A stretch of 24,000 nucleotides of DNA from Carnimonas bestiolae (GTDB taxonomy: Bacteria > Pseudomonadota > Gammaproteobacteria > Pseudomonadales > Halomonadaceae). Of the stretch, positions 10,175-19,460 are shown one piece after another. Location: assembly GCF_051251125.1 (NCBI RefSeq), contig NZ_JBPCZL010000010.1; one strand, 5' to 3'. A program made the translations under genes and the position numbers. Within the stretch, counting starts at the first letter, position 1, and every line of letters begins with the position of its first letter. The notes under the pieces are model-generated. The model was given only the letters and a program-made list of their open reading frames with translations, had not been told where the DNA came from and ran no database searches.

Positions 10175-10894
10175 ATGCGTTATATCAAACATTGTATCGC
10201 CATTGGGCTGGCACTCATTGCGGGATGGGCAATCACCGGTGCCGCTTACGGCGCTATTCAGTTACAAGCTACTCGCGTGGTGTACGACGGCAGCATGAAG
10301 GCCGCTACGCTGGGCCTCAAGAACGACGCAACCCGTCCCTACATGGTGCAAAGCTGGCTCGACACCGGCGATCAAACGCAAATGCCGAAGCAATTGCCGA
10401 TCGTGGTAACGCCGCCGTTAATGAAGTTAACACCGGGGCGCTCGTCTTCGCTTCGCTTCATTTATTCGGGCAGCGGGCTGCCCAGCGATAAAGAGTCGCT
10501 GCTGTGGATCAATGTGCAGGAAATCCCGCCAGCGTCTGATCAGGAAAATGTACTTCAAATCGCGATTCGCTCGCGTATCAAGCTTTTTTATCGCCCTGCC
10601 GGTATCGCGACTGATCTCGACAAGGCGGCGCACTCGCTCGAATGGCATCGCCAGGGGCATGCACTCGTTGTGCATAACCCCTCAGCATTGCATATCACGT
10701 TCGCTGCCCTGAAGCCGGGACACGGCGCGACGGTAAGCGCGCTGAGCAACGATATGGTCGCACCTGGCGCCACGGTCAAGGTGCTCGAGGGTGGTGTTGT
10801 CGATAGCGATTTTGCACATCCCTTTGGTGTCGATTACGTCAATGATTATGGCGGCTATTCCCATCTTGACGGGGTGTTAGCCGCTCCTCTTTAG
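10175..10894 (+). CDS. periplasmic fimbrial chaperone (PapD/FimC family)
   Basis: 239 aa; signal peptide, AIQLQATRVVYDGSMKAATLGLKNDATRPYMVQSWLD, LWINVQEIPP, IKLFYRPAG: conserved PapD-family motifs. Confidence 0.93.
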   Translation: MRYIKHCIAIGLALIAGWAITGAAYGAIQLQATRVVYDGSMKAATLGLKNDATRPYMVQSWLDTGDQTQMPKQLPIVVTPPLMKLTPGRSSSLRFIYSGSGLPSDKESLLWINVQEIPPASDQENVLQIAIRSRIKLFYRPAGIATDLDKAAHSLEWHRQGHALVVHNPSALHITFAALKPGHGATVSALSNDMVAPGATVKVLEGGVVDSDFAHPFGVDYVNDYGGYSHLDGVLAAPL

Positions 10895-10905
10895 GATCGT
10901 CTCCA

Positions 10906-13521
10906 ATGAAGCAATCGAGTATTGCGCGCACTGACCTCAGGTCGCGTGCACGCTGGCTTGCGCTCGGCTTGTTGGGGGGGAGCGCCATATTTCCGTCGTT
11001 GCCAGTGCAGGCCGAAGAAAAATTCAACGCCTCCTTTTTGCGCGCGGGCTCCGGACAATCAGCCCTCGAGGCAGTGCAGCACGGCGACGATATCTTGCCC
11101 GGCACTTATCCCTTCAGCCTTTATCTGAATGGTGAAGAAGTCGAGCGCGCAGGAATTACGTTCGTCCGCAATGCCGCTGAGGAAGTCGTTCCCTGTTTGA
11201 CGCCATCGCGGCTGCGTGAGCTGGGCATTCGCCTTCCAAATGAAACGCCGCAGGAGCCGGAATGCGCGGCACTGGAAACCCTGTTGCCCGATGCACGTAC
11301 CTCCTTCGACGTAACGCAGCAGCGAGTGGATTTATCAGTACCGCAGATCCACCTGGACCGTTTGCCTCGTGGTGCTGTACCCCACCGGTTGTGGGACGAA
11401 GGCGTAACGGCAGGCGTACTCGATTACAGCCTCACGGCAACGCGTAATGAATACGACGGCCTGCCGCATCAGGATTACTACTATTTGGGGCTGAACAGTG
11501 GTTTTAACCTGGGCGCATGGCGTTATCGCAATCGTGCTGTTGCAAGACGCTATACCGGCAATGGATCGCACTGGCAGACATTGGGCAACAGTCTTGAACG
11601 TGACGTGATCGGTTGGCGTTCACGGTTGCAGTTGGGCGATGCCTACAGCCGCAATGATGTGTTCGACAGTATTCGCTTTCGCGGTGTGCAGCTGTCCAGT
11701 GATGACGAGCAGTTGGCATTTAGCATGCAGCAATATTCGCCGGTGATTCGCGGTGTAGCGTCTACCAACGCGAGGGTGGAAGTTACGCAAAACAACCTGG
11801 TGATTTATTCCATCAACGTGGCGCCCGGCCCGTTCGAAATCAACGATCTATCGCCTAGCAGTCTGAGCGGTGATCTGCTGGTTAACGTGATCGAAGCTGA
11901 CGGCTCAGTACACAGCTTTACGCAGGCGTACTCGGCGGTGCCCAACATGCTGCGCGATGGAATTTGGCGCTATCAACTAACGGCCGGGGAATTTCGTAAT
12001 GGCGGGTCGCTCGATGATTATCATCCCTCGTTCCTGCAGCTTACCGCCAGCCGTGGACTTTCCAACGATACAACGCCCTACGCGGGGCTGCTGATCGCGG
12101 AGCACTATCGCGCTGCCAGCGTTGGCATAGGTAAAGGTTTGGGGCAATGGGGCGCTGTGTCGCTCGATGTGACGGGGGCTATAACCGATATCGCCGCCGG
12201 CGATCAGGCGTCAGGTATCAGCTCACGGTTTCTATATTCGAAGTCTCTTAATAGCTGGGGATCCGAGTTCCGCTTGCTGGGCTACCGGTACTCGACATCC
12301 CGCTATTACGATTTCGCCGACGCGGCGGCTGAGCGCGCGCAATGGCAGCAGGGGCACTATCAGTACGAATACGATGACGATCAGGCCCAGGGGCTGATTG
12401 GCGTGCCCGATTGGTCCGATCAACGGCGCCGCTACGCCCAAAGCAGTAGTTTCTATAACAAGCGCTCGCAGTGGCAGATGTCGCTTACCCAGCAGGTGTG
12501 GAACAGCGATCAGCTGTATGCCAATTGGAATGCCCAAAGCTACTGGCACGGTGGACACAGCCAGCGTTCGTGGCAGGTGGGGTACAACGGTCGTGCCGCC
12601 GCCTACAACTACAGCCTGTATTACCAATATTCGAGCGGCCGCTTCACCTCAAGCGAGCGCACGGTTGGGATGAGCATTTCGCTGCCGCTTGGCTCGCCCA
12701 GCAGATCGCCCATGTATGCGAACGCTTATGCCAGTCACTCCAATATCAGCGGTAACTCGATTCAGTCGGGCTTAAGCGGCTCAGCGCTTTCTGACAACCG
12801 ACTCAGCTATAACGCTAGTGCCGGTCATAACGGCGGCGGCGGTAATAGTGCTGCCGTTAGCGGCAGCTATCAGGGGGCTGTGGGAAGCGCCAACGCGGGC
12901 TACACGTATGGCAATCACTATCGCCAAACGTCGCTTGGTGTGTCGGGCGGGGCGGTTGTTCATAGTGGCGGCGTAACGCTTGGGCAAGCCTTGCAAACCA
13001 CCATGGTGCTAGTGGATGCGAAAGAGGCGCAGGGTGTGGGCATTGAGAATCAGCAAGGCATCACGGTAAACCGCAGCGGATATGCGCTGGTTAGCGGTAG
13101 TGCACCTTACCGACGCAGTCGCGTGGCGCTGAAAGCCGAGGATATCGGCGCCAATCTCGAAGTGACCAACACGTCAACTGAGGTGGTGCCAACCCGCGGA
13201 GCCGTTGTCCGCGCCTACTTCGACACCCATGCAGGGCGCAGCGTGTTGATCGATGGGCATCTTGCTGACGGTACTCCGTTGCCGTTGGGTGCGGCTGTAT
13301 ATGCGATGGATGGTCGCGAGCAAGGCATTGTCGGCCCTGATGGGCAGGCGTTTGTGACAGGTATCGAAGAAGGGCAACGGTTAACGGTGCGCTGGGGTGA
13401 GGCCAACCATCAGCAGTGTGAGCTGCGGGTTGTCGGGCTATCGCCGGACAGTGAGTCGTCATTGGGATACGACCGTCTGGCTGTTCAATGTCAGGCCGAT
13501 AGTGAGATAAGACATGAATAA
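10906..13521 (+). CDS. outer membrane usher protein (FimD/PapC family)
   Basis: 871 aa; FNASFL, GTYPFSLYLNGE, LPRGAVPHRLWDEGVTAGVLDYSLTATR, YSVAPGPFEI-like INVAPGPFEINDLSPSSLSGDLLVNVIEADGS, C-terminal LPLGAAVYAMDGREQGIVGPDGQAFVTG. Confidence 0.95.
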   Translation: MKQSSIARTDLRSRARWLALGLLGGSAIFPSLPVQAEEKFNASFLRAGSGQSALEAVQHGDDILPGTYPFSLYLNGEEVERAGITFVRNAAEEVVPCLTPSRLRELGIRLPNETPQEPECAALETLLPDARTSFDVTQQRVDLSVPQIHLDRLPRGAVPHRLWDEGVTAGVLDYSLTATRNEYDGLPHQDYYYLGLNSGFNLGAWRYRNRAVARRYTGNGSHWQTLGNSLERDVIGWRSRLQLGDAYSRNDVFDSIRFRGVQLSSDDEQLAFSMQQYSPVIRGVASTNARVEVTQNNLVIYSINVAPGPFEINDLSPSSLSGDLLVNVIEADGSVHSFTQAYSAVPNMLRDGIWRYQLTAGEFRNGGSLDDYHPSFLQLTASRGLSNDTTPYAGLLIAEHYRAASVGIGKGLGQWGAVSLDVTGAITDIAAGDQASGISSRFLYSKSLNSWGSEFRLLGYRYSTSRYYDFADAAAERAQWQQGHYQYEYDDDQAQGLIGVPDWSDQRRRYAQSSSFYNKRSQWQMSLTQQVWNSDQLYANWNAQSYWHGGHSQRSWQVGYNGRAAAYNYSLYYQYSSGRFTSSERTVGMSISLPLGSPSRSPMYANAYASHSNISGNSIQSGLSGSALSDNRLSYNASAGHNGGGGNSAAVSGSYQGAVGSANAGYTYGNHYRQTSLGVSGGAVVHSGGVTLGQALQTTMVLVDAKEAQGVGIENQQGITVNRSGYALVSGSAPYRRSRVALKAEDIGANLEVTNTSTEVVPTRGAVVRAYFDTHAGRSVLIDGHLADGTPLPLGAAVYAMDGREQGIVGPDGQAFVTGIEEGQRLTVRWGEANHQQCELRVVGLSPDSESSLGYDRLAVQCQADSEIRHE

Positions 13522-14596
13522 ATTCGTTGCAGTCGCTCGATGGTGGTTAATGCTGATGGTGTCACTGTGGTCGGCATCGGGTTGGGCAATGCAGTGCTAT
13601 GAGGGGGGCTATGGCGGTAATACACGCCATACCACCATGATTGATCGCGAAATTGTCGTTCCCGTCAATGTAGCGCCTGGCACGGAACTGTGGCGCTCTC
13701 CAGAGTATTCGGCCACGTTGACGTGCTATGACACTGAAGAGCGTGGTGATCCCGAGGACGCCTTTATGTACTGGGATCCCCGCGGTGAGCTGAAAACGCT
13801 GCCCAATTCCATCGAAGTGGTGGTGCATGCTCAGGGGATGGATTACGACCCTCTTACTCGACGGGAAGATTGGGTCGCCAGGGGTACTAGGCGTCCCACC
13901 TCAACCTCGTACTGCATCGGCCCAACCCAAGAGGAGTCGTTCCTGCTTGTGTTCAAGCGTGAGAAGCGTTGCGCTAAACCGCAAACCTTTACCCTTACCT
14001 ATAGCATTTCGATAAACGCCACAGGTAACCCGCCACCCCCCAGCGGGCGTTTGCCATCCTCTGGCACGTATGATGTGTTCCAGATCGATGGCCCGCTGGG
14101 AATTAACATGGAGCCTAATGCCAATTTCTCTGAATTTCTCGGGGGGCTAAACAACATTCGCTTTACTACCTGTAATCCGCGAGTTTATGTGGAGGCCAAT
14201 CGTGGCAATACCGTCGACTTTGGAAGGCTGGCGATTCCGCGTGACCCACAGGTAGGTCAGGTGGAGAAAGTTGTCGGGTTTACCGTGAATACATCACTCG
14301 AGTCCGAGGAAACCGGCCGGCAATGTGCCGGCAAAGCGCTGGTGGCAAGCTTCTCAAGCGGTAATCCGGTCATTGACGAAAGCGTTATCATGCCTACCAG
14401 CGATAGTGGTTTCGGCATCGTTATAACCCCGGGAGATTCAGCGACGCCCATCCTGATGAATCAGCCTGTTACGCTGGGCACGATCGACGGCTCAACGATG
14501 CGCACTCCGTTTCGTGCGGGCCTGAAATGGCTTTCCGATAAACCCAGGCCGGGGCGCTTTAATGCGACGGCGACAATAGATGTCACTTATCAGTGA
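13514..14596 (+). CDS. fimbrial tip adhesin / minor subunit, two-domain
   Basis: 360 aa; signal peptide (LMVSLWSASGWAM), unique Cys-containing N-terminal domain, PPPPSG linker, C-terminal pilin domain ending RFNATATIDVTYQ; start overlaps the usher stop by 8 bp. Confidence 0.85.
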   Translation: MNKFVAVARWWLMLMVSLWSASGWAMQCYEGGYGGNTRHTTMIDREIVVPVNVAPGTELWRSPEYSATLTCYDTEERGDPEDAFMYWDPRGELKTLPNSIEVVVHAQGMDYDPLTRREDWVARGTRRPTSTSYCIGPTQEESFLLVFKREKRCAKPQTFTLTYSISINATGNPPPPSGRLPSSGTYDVFQIDGPLGINMEPNANFSEFLGGLNNIRFTTCNPRVYVEANRGNTVDFGRLAIPRDPQVGQVEKVVGFTVNTSLESEETGRQCAGKALVASFSSGNPVIDESVIMPTSDSGFGIVITPGDSATPILMNQPVTLGTIDGSTMRTPFRAGLKWLSDKPRPGRFNATATIDVTYQ

Positions 14597-14825
14597 TGAT
14601 CCAACAATGCGCACATCCCGTGGATGTTCCTCTTCACCTTCGATTCTTTTAGCGCTCGGCATCTCGCTGATGGGCAGGGGGAAAAGCGTGTCACACGCTG
14701 AGGGCAGCCGGTGTCCGATGGCGACCGGTTGTCTCGAGCGGTTGCAGTCGTTCATTGGTCGGTGCAATGATCATCGGATGGCGCAGCGTTTCGGCATTAG
14801 GTAATCATTAATCACAATAAGAGGC

Positions 14826-16073
14826 ATGGCAGGCATGGCGACTTCGATAGTGCTTGGGGCAGGCATGGTAGGTGTATCAACCGCTCTGGCACTGCAGCAG
14901 CGTGGTGACGATGTGCTGCTGGTAGACCGTAAGGGGATTGGCCGCGAAACCAGTTATGGCAATGCGGGCGCCATCCAAACGGAAGCCTGCGAGCCCACTG
15001 CATTTCCGCGTTCCGTGGGGTTCCTGCTAAAAGCCGCTACCAAGCAGCACAACATGATCAACTGGCACCCCCGGGCGGTGATCGAGAATCGCCATGCGTT
15101 ATGGGGCTATTGGAAGAACTCCGCGCCAGCTCGACACGCTGCCATCAGTCAGTGGTATGCGCGCTTCACTGCGAAGGCCGAAAAGCACCATGCGCCACTC
15201 GCTAAAGCTGCCGACGCAGAACATCTGATCCGCCGCAGTGGCTACATCGCCGCTTTCCGCCAAGCCAGTACCTTGGAAAGTCACATGAAAACGGCCGAGC
15301 GCCTCAAGCAAGGTTGGGACGTGCCGGTTGTTGAGCTTAGCGATGCTCAGGTGCACGAGAAGGAGCCGGCGCTCAACGTGTCGCTGGCGGGCGGATTATG
15401 GTTCAGCAATGTATGGACCTGCCAAAGCCCAGGCGCGCTTACTAGTGCCTACGGCGAGCTATTCAAACAGCGCGGCGGCAGCGTGGCCTATGGCGATGCC
15501 ATGAGTCTTGCCGCTACCGAAGACGGTGGCTGGTCAGTGATGACCGAGCAGGGGCGCGTAGAGGCCGAACGCGTTGTGGTAGCGCTGGGGCCTTGGTCAA
15601 GCGAGCTGACAGAGCGTTTTGGCTACCGCATTCCGTTGCTGAGAAAGCGCGGTTATCACCGCCACTTCACATCATCGAGCGGCCCGAACAACGCGATGCT
15701 CGATGTCGACAACGCCACCTTCATGTCGCCCATGAACCAAGGGTTGCGGGTATGCACGGGAGCAGAGATTACGCAATTCGACGCGCCCGCCGATCTGCGT
15801 CAAATCTCCCGCGCCGAGCAGGCAGCACGTGAATTCTTCGAACTTGGCGAGCGCGTCGAAAGTGCTCCCTGGATCGGCCATCGTCCTTGCCTACCCGACA
15901 TGCTGCCGGTAATCGGCGCCGCACCGCGTCACAACGGGCTGTGGTTTCACTTCGGCCACGCCCATCAAGGCTTTACCGGCGGCCCCGCCGCCGCGCAACT
16001 GCTGATGGAGCTAATGGTGGACGGCAAATCTCCCGACTGGGCCGCTCACTTTAGCCCGGCGAGGTTTGGGTGA
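14826..16073 (+). CDS. FAD-dependent oxidoreductase, DadA-like (D-amino-acid dehydrogenase family)
   Basis: SIVLGAGMVGVSTALALQQRGDDVLLVDRKGIGRETSYGNAGAI; C-terminal IGHRPCLPDMLPVIGAAPRHNGLWFHFGHAHQGFTGGPAAAQLL. The start may instead be the ATG at 14835. Confidence 0.88.
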   Translation: MAGMATSIVLGAGMVGVSTALALQQRGDDVLLVDRKGIGRETSYGNAGAIQTEACEPTAFPRSVGFLLKAATKQHNMINWHPRAVIENRHALWGYWKNSAPARHAAISQWYARFTAKAEKHHAPLAKAADAEHLIRRSGYIAAFRQASTLESHMKTAERLKQGWDVPVVELSDAQVHEKEPALNVSLAGGLWFSNVWTCQSPGALTSAYGELFKQRGGSVAYGDAMSLAATEDGGWSVMTEQGRVEAERVVVALGPWSSELTERFGYRIPLLRKRGYHRHFTSSSGPNNAMLDVDNATFMSPMNQGLRVCTGAEITQFDAPADLRQISRAEQAAREFFELGERVESAPWIGHRPCLPDMLPVIGAAPRHNGLWFHFGHAHQGFTGGPAAAQLLMELMVDGKSPDWAAHFSPARFG

Positions 16074-16110
16074 TTGATTAAAAAGAGCCAAGTGCTAAAG
16101 CAACAGGCTT

Positions 16111-16569
16111 CTAGTCCCTTTCGCGAGGAGGATGGAGAGGCCATTGGGCAATCTTTGCCTCACTTTTGATTATTTTTTCTATCGCTTCTGGAAAGGCTTC
16201 GAGGTCATGGCGAAGCCCGCACTCCCAAATGATGGCAACACGCCATCCAAGTTGTTGAAGCTCTTTTTGCTGCCTTAAATCTCGTTCATAGTTGCCATCG
16301 AGTTTTATTCTCCAAAACTCTCTCCGTGTCGCCGGAGATGAGGCGTAAAAGCATCTTTCGTGGCGGTGCCAGAAGCAACCATGCATAAAAATAATCAAAT
16401 TGTATTTGGGTAGAACCAGATCAGGCGTTCCGGGAAGATCTTTTCTATGAAGTCTAAAGCGGTAGCCAAGCGCGTGGATAACTTTTCTTATCTTTATTTC
16501 AGGGAGCGTATTCTTTCCTTGGATACCCGCCATCATCTGTGAACGGGTCTTTTCATCCACTACGTCCAT
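16111..16569 (-). CDS. vsr: very short patch repair endonuclease Vsr
   Basis: 152 aa; MDVVDEKTRSQMMAGIQGKNTLPEIKIRKVIHALGYRFRLHRKDLPGTPDLVLPKYNLIIFMHGCFWHRHERC, a Vsr signature; adjacent to a Dcm-like methyltransferase operon. Confidence 0.96.
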   Translation of the reverse strand: MDVVDEKTRSQMMAGIQGKNTLPEIKIRKVIHALGYRFRLHRKDLPGTPDLVLPKYNLIIFMHGCFWHRHERCFYASSPATRREFWRIKLDGNYERDLRQQKELQQLGWRVAIIWECGLRHDLEAFPEAIEKIIKSEAKIAQWPLHPPRERD

Positions 16570-17813
16570 TATAGACCTTTGCTACTTGAAGAAATCATCT
16601 GCCTTTCTCTTACCATCGATATGAATTGTTCCAGATTCATAAGTTGTTCAGCCTGTTGCTGAGAATATGTTGAATGCAAGGCTGCCGGTAACACTAAGGA
16701 CAAATTAGCTCGTTCCATTTCCGCTGTCTGATGAGATGAAATTCTGGGTTGGAGAGTGAGGAGGTGTTTTCGGTCGATTCTCTGAGCTTCATTCAGAACT
16801 TGGCGCCACCGGTCTTTGCAAGTAGTTTTGACACCTAACATCGTAAGGTGATCAGTTGGGAAATTGGTGTCGTGGTAGAGTTTGGAAGAAGGGAATAAGA
16901 AATCCGGCCTAGACCGTTGCTCTGTCTGTGCTCCATGCGCATAGTCGATGGAGTTTTGGTCTAATATCCAAGCAACATGGTTCTCCAGTGCATGTCCTGC
17001 ACGAGATTTTCTTCTATTTTGCACTCCCAGCGAAAACTTCATGAACGCGTCAATGTCGTCAGCCCAAGTGCTGGCAAGATTATTTAAGTCTCTTGCGACG
17101 ATGTATTTTTCCAGTTGCTTGAATAGCAACTCTTCTCTATCGACCAGGCAAATTAGAGCTTCATCAGGTAGTTCAATGGGGTTTATATCTCCGCCTAACG
17201 TCTCTAAGGCAAGTTGAGAAAGTTCTTTAGTGGTTGGGAAGCGCGCACCAAAACGGTCTATAAGAAGATCTATCCAGTTATCTGCATCATCGTCTTTTAT
17301 TTCCAGGCCGATGCTTTCCGCAATATAGTTGAATAGCAAGCTGGACTGCGTATTGACGTAAGAGGGATCGATTAATTTAAGACTTTGTTGCTCACCTGGA
17401 ATTTCGTCAATGCCAAACAACCAAAGAATCTCTTCCAACGAAGGACACTCGTCGTCGATAATGAGTACTAAAAGTTTTCCGTCCAGTCCTAAAGCGCAGA
17501 TGAGAATATTTCCAAATGATGCTTTCAACGTTACCGCGTTATCCCTGTAATAAAGGCGGAACTCAGAACGCTTAGGATGTTTGTCGCGGGAATCGTACCA
17601 GGTTACTTTGTCTTCCACTGACAACCATTCATCTTCATCTTTTCCTGCATAGATAAGAGACGCCTCGAACTCCTTGTGCTCAAGACCCAGGAACTTTTTC
17701 ATGCTGTGGGTACCGTTAAACTCGTGTTGGTTTGAGGTACCGCGTTCGGTTTCTACAGATTTCAGACGCTTTACAGATATGCCTGCAAAATATCTTTCAA
17801 GATGTGTTGCCAA
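16569..17813 (-). CDS. EcoRII-like type II restriction endonuclease (CCWGG predicted)
   Basis: 414 aa; C-terminal NRRKSRAGHALENHVAWIL...RSRPDFLFPSSKLYHDTNFP...MLGVKTTCKDRWRQVLNEAQRI matches the EcoRII catalytic core; N-terminal region resembles the EcoRII effector-binding domain. TTG start at 17813 behind AGGAGG. Confidence 0.93.
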   Translation of the reverse strand: MATHLERYFAGISVKRLKSVETERGTSNQHEFNGTHSMKKFLGLEHKEFEASLIYAGKDEDEWLSVEDKVTWYDSRDKHPKRSEFRLYYRDNAVTLKASFGNILICALGLDGKLLVLIIDDECPSLEEILWLFGIDEIPGEQQSLKLIDPSYVNTQSSLLFNYIAESIGLEIKDDDADNWIDLLIDRFGARFPTTKELSQLALETLGGDINPIELPDEALICLVDREELLFKQLEKYIVARDLNNLASTWADDIDAFMKFSLGVQNRRKSRAGHALENHVAWILDQNSIDYAHGAQTEQRSRPDFLFPSSKLYHDTNFPTDHLTMLGVKTTCKDRWRQVLNEAQRIDRKHLLTLQPRISSHQTAEMERANLSLVLPAALHSTYSQQQAEQLMNLEQFISMVRERQMISSSSKGL

Positions 17814-17886
17814 TTGACCCTCCTGCCAAAGATGGGCAACTTTGTGTACTTACCACCATACAAGAAAATTTCTTCGATGGGCTATT

Positions 17887-19332
17887 TTACTGCTGCAAAG
17901 AGAGGTTCCACTGATGACTAGGGAAGGTCAAATACTCTTGCTGCTTACCCACTGCCTCTATAATCCGCTCTTTCATCAAGCCAGCAACTGCCTGAAAAAC
18001 AGGGACGACCACGGAATTACCGAACTGTCGATATGCTTGGGTATCTGAAACGGGAATGACAAAACTTTTACCTTGTGGAGAATCAAACCCCATAAGGCGA
18101 GCGCATTCAGTAGGAGTGAGTCGTCTGGGGCGATTTCGGATATTCTCAGGAGAACCGAAGGGCTGTGTTTGGTCAAACCCACGATCTACTAGTATTTCGG
18201 ATCCATCTTTATGATATCGAGCAGATAGGGTTCTTGCTGTATCGTTGGCGCGAGTTAACCCAAAGCCAAAACCGTTGCCTTTCTCTTTGTGCTTCTGAGC
18301 GTATTGGTAGAGATAGCTCCATAGCTTTGGCGTTAAAATATATTTGGATGCGTAATCTTGCTCCAGAATGTCGCCGAACGATGGACGATGCTGGGGGAAA
18401 GTCTTACTGATATCTCTTAATGTAAACCCGTGATGAATGTCGAGATCTCTGCGGAACCCCACCAGTACAATGCGCTCTCGGTGTTGTGGTAAGAAATGGC
18501 GGGCATCAATGACCTTCGGATCCTGGCCTTTAGGAGCGTTAACATCCGCCACTTCATAACCCAATTCATCCAAAGTATTACAGATTACCCTGAATGTTTT
18601 TCCCTGATCGTGGCTTTTGAGGTTTTTGACATTTTCAAGGACAAATGTAGCTGGGCGCTTTGCCGCAATGATTCGTGCCACGTCAAAAAAGAGAGTGCCC
18701 TGAGTCTCGCATTCAAAGCCGTGTTTTTTCCCCATCGAGTTTTTCTTGGAGACGCCGGCTAAAGAAAAAGGCTGACAAGGAAATCCAGCTAGCAATACGT
18801 CATGGTCAGGAATTTTCTGATTGATATGAGAATAGGCTGTTGTTTCATCGATGTCTTCGCAGTTTGACAGAGTGACATCACGAATATCGCCGTTGAATCG
18901 ATGCGATAGAGGATCGTTATAGTGGTTCGCCTTGTACGTACGAATGGAGTATTTATCCCATTCTGACGTGAAAACACATTTGCCACCTATGGCATCGAAG
19001 CCTTTTCTAATGCCGCCAATTCCCGCGAAGAGGTCTATGAAGCGGAAATCGGGTGTGTCGTAGTGACTGGGCTTGGATGGCAACATACTTTCGAGCTTTT
19101 TCGCTTCTGCTCGAGAAAGTACTGGATTTGCCTTTCCTTTCCACCACCGATTCAAAGTCTCCCTACACCAACGGTCATTACAGCCGCGGAGGACCTGAGC
19201 GATTGTGCCTTGATCGTATATCTCAAGAACTCGCTCCAATAACTGCCTGTCGCTCAACATTGCATAGTCGGACGAGGGCGACGGAGGCTCAAAGCGTTGT
19301 TCAGCTTCGCGGATATTTGGGAGTAAGGACAT
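17887..19332 (-). CDS. dcm: DNA (cytosine-5) methyltransferase, Dcm/M.EcoRII family (CCWGG predicted)
   Basis: [103 protein letters not shown] at 19332 preferred over the GTG at 19335. Confidence 0.97.
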   Translation of the reverse strand: MSLLPNIREAEQRFEPPSPSSDYAMLSDRQLLERVLEIYDQGTIAQVLRGCNDRWCRETLNRWWKGKANPVLSRAEAKKLESMLPSKPSHYDTPDFRFIDLFAGIGGIRKGFDAIGGKCVFTSEWDKYSIRTYKANHYNDPLSHRFNGDIRDVTLSNCEDIDETTAYSHINQKIPDHDVLLAGFPCQPFSLAGVSKKNSMGKKHGFECETQGTLFFDVARIIAAKRPATFVLENVKNLKSHDQGKTFRVICNTLDELGYEVADVNAPKGQDPKVIDARHFLPQHRERIVLVGFRRDLDIHHGFTLRDISKTFPQHRPSFGDILEQDYASKYILTPKLWSYLYQYAQKHKEKGNGFGFGLTRANDTARTLSARYHKDGSEILVDRGFDQTQPFGSPENIRNRPRRLTPTECARLMGFDSPQGKSFVIPVSDTQAYRQFGNSVVVPVFQAVAGLMKERIIEAVGKQQEYLTFPSHQWNLSLQQ

Positions 19333-19460
19333 CACGTCTTCTCTGGGTTAAATCTGTGATAATTTTCCACAATATTATTCCTTTGGCCGGAGAGTCGCCA
19401 GGAAATTATGGTCAGATAGACTGATATCGGTCCGCTGTTGCGAGCGTTTATCAGAACACC

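Noticed and set aside
12650-12990. Gly/Ser/Asn-rich repetitive-looking stretch in the usher as a repeat or mobile element
   Set aside because: Low-complexity beta-barrel/loop sequence inside an uninterrupted usher ORF; ordinary for this family.
12232-13462. Minus-strand ORFs 12232-12627 and 13091-13462
   Set aside because: Entirely antisense to the convincing usher gene; low-complexity, codon-shadow type sequences.
14492-14804. Overlapping ORFs 14492-14767 (-) and 14580-14804 (+) between the adhesin and the FAD oxidoreductase
   Set aside because: No family resemblance, overlap each other and the adhesin 3' end; not enough evidence for a gene or for a transposase remnant.
19053-19424. Plus-strand 123-aa ORF covering the dcm 5' end, as a possible RM controller gene
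   Set aside because: Antisense to the methyltransferase and has no C-protein HTH features; M.EcoRII-type systems usually rely on methyltransferase autoregulation.
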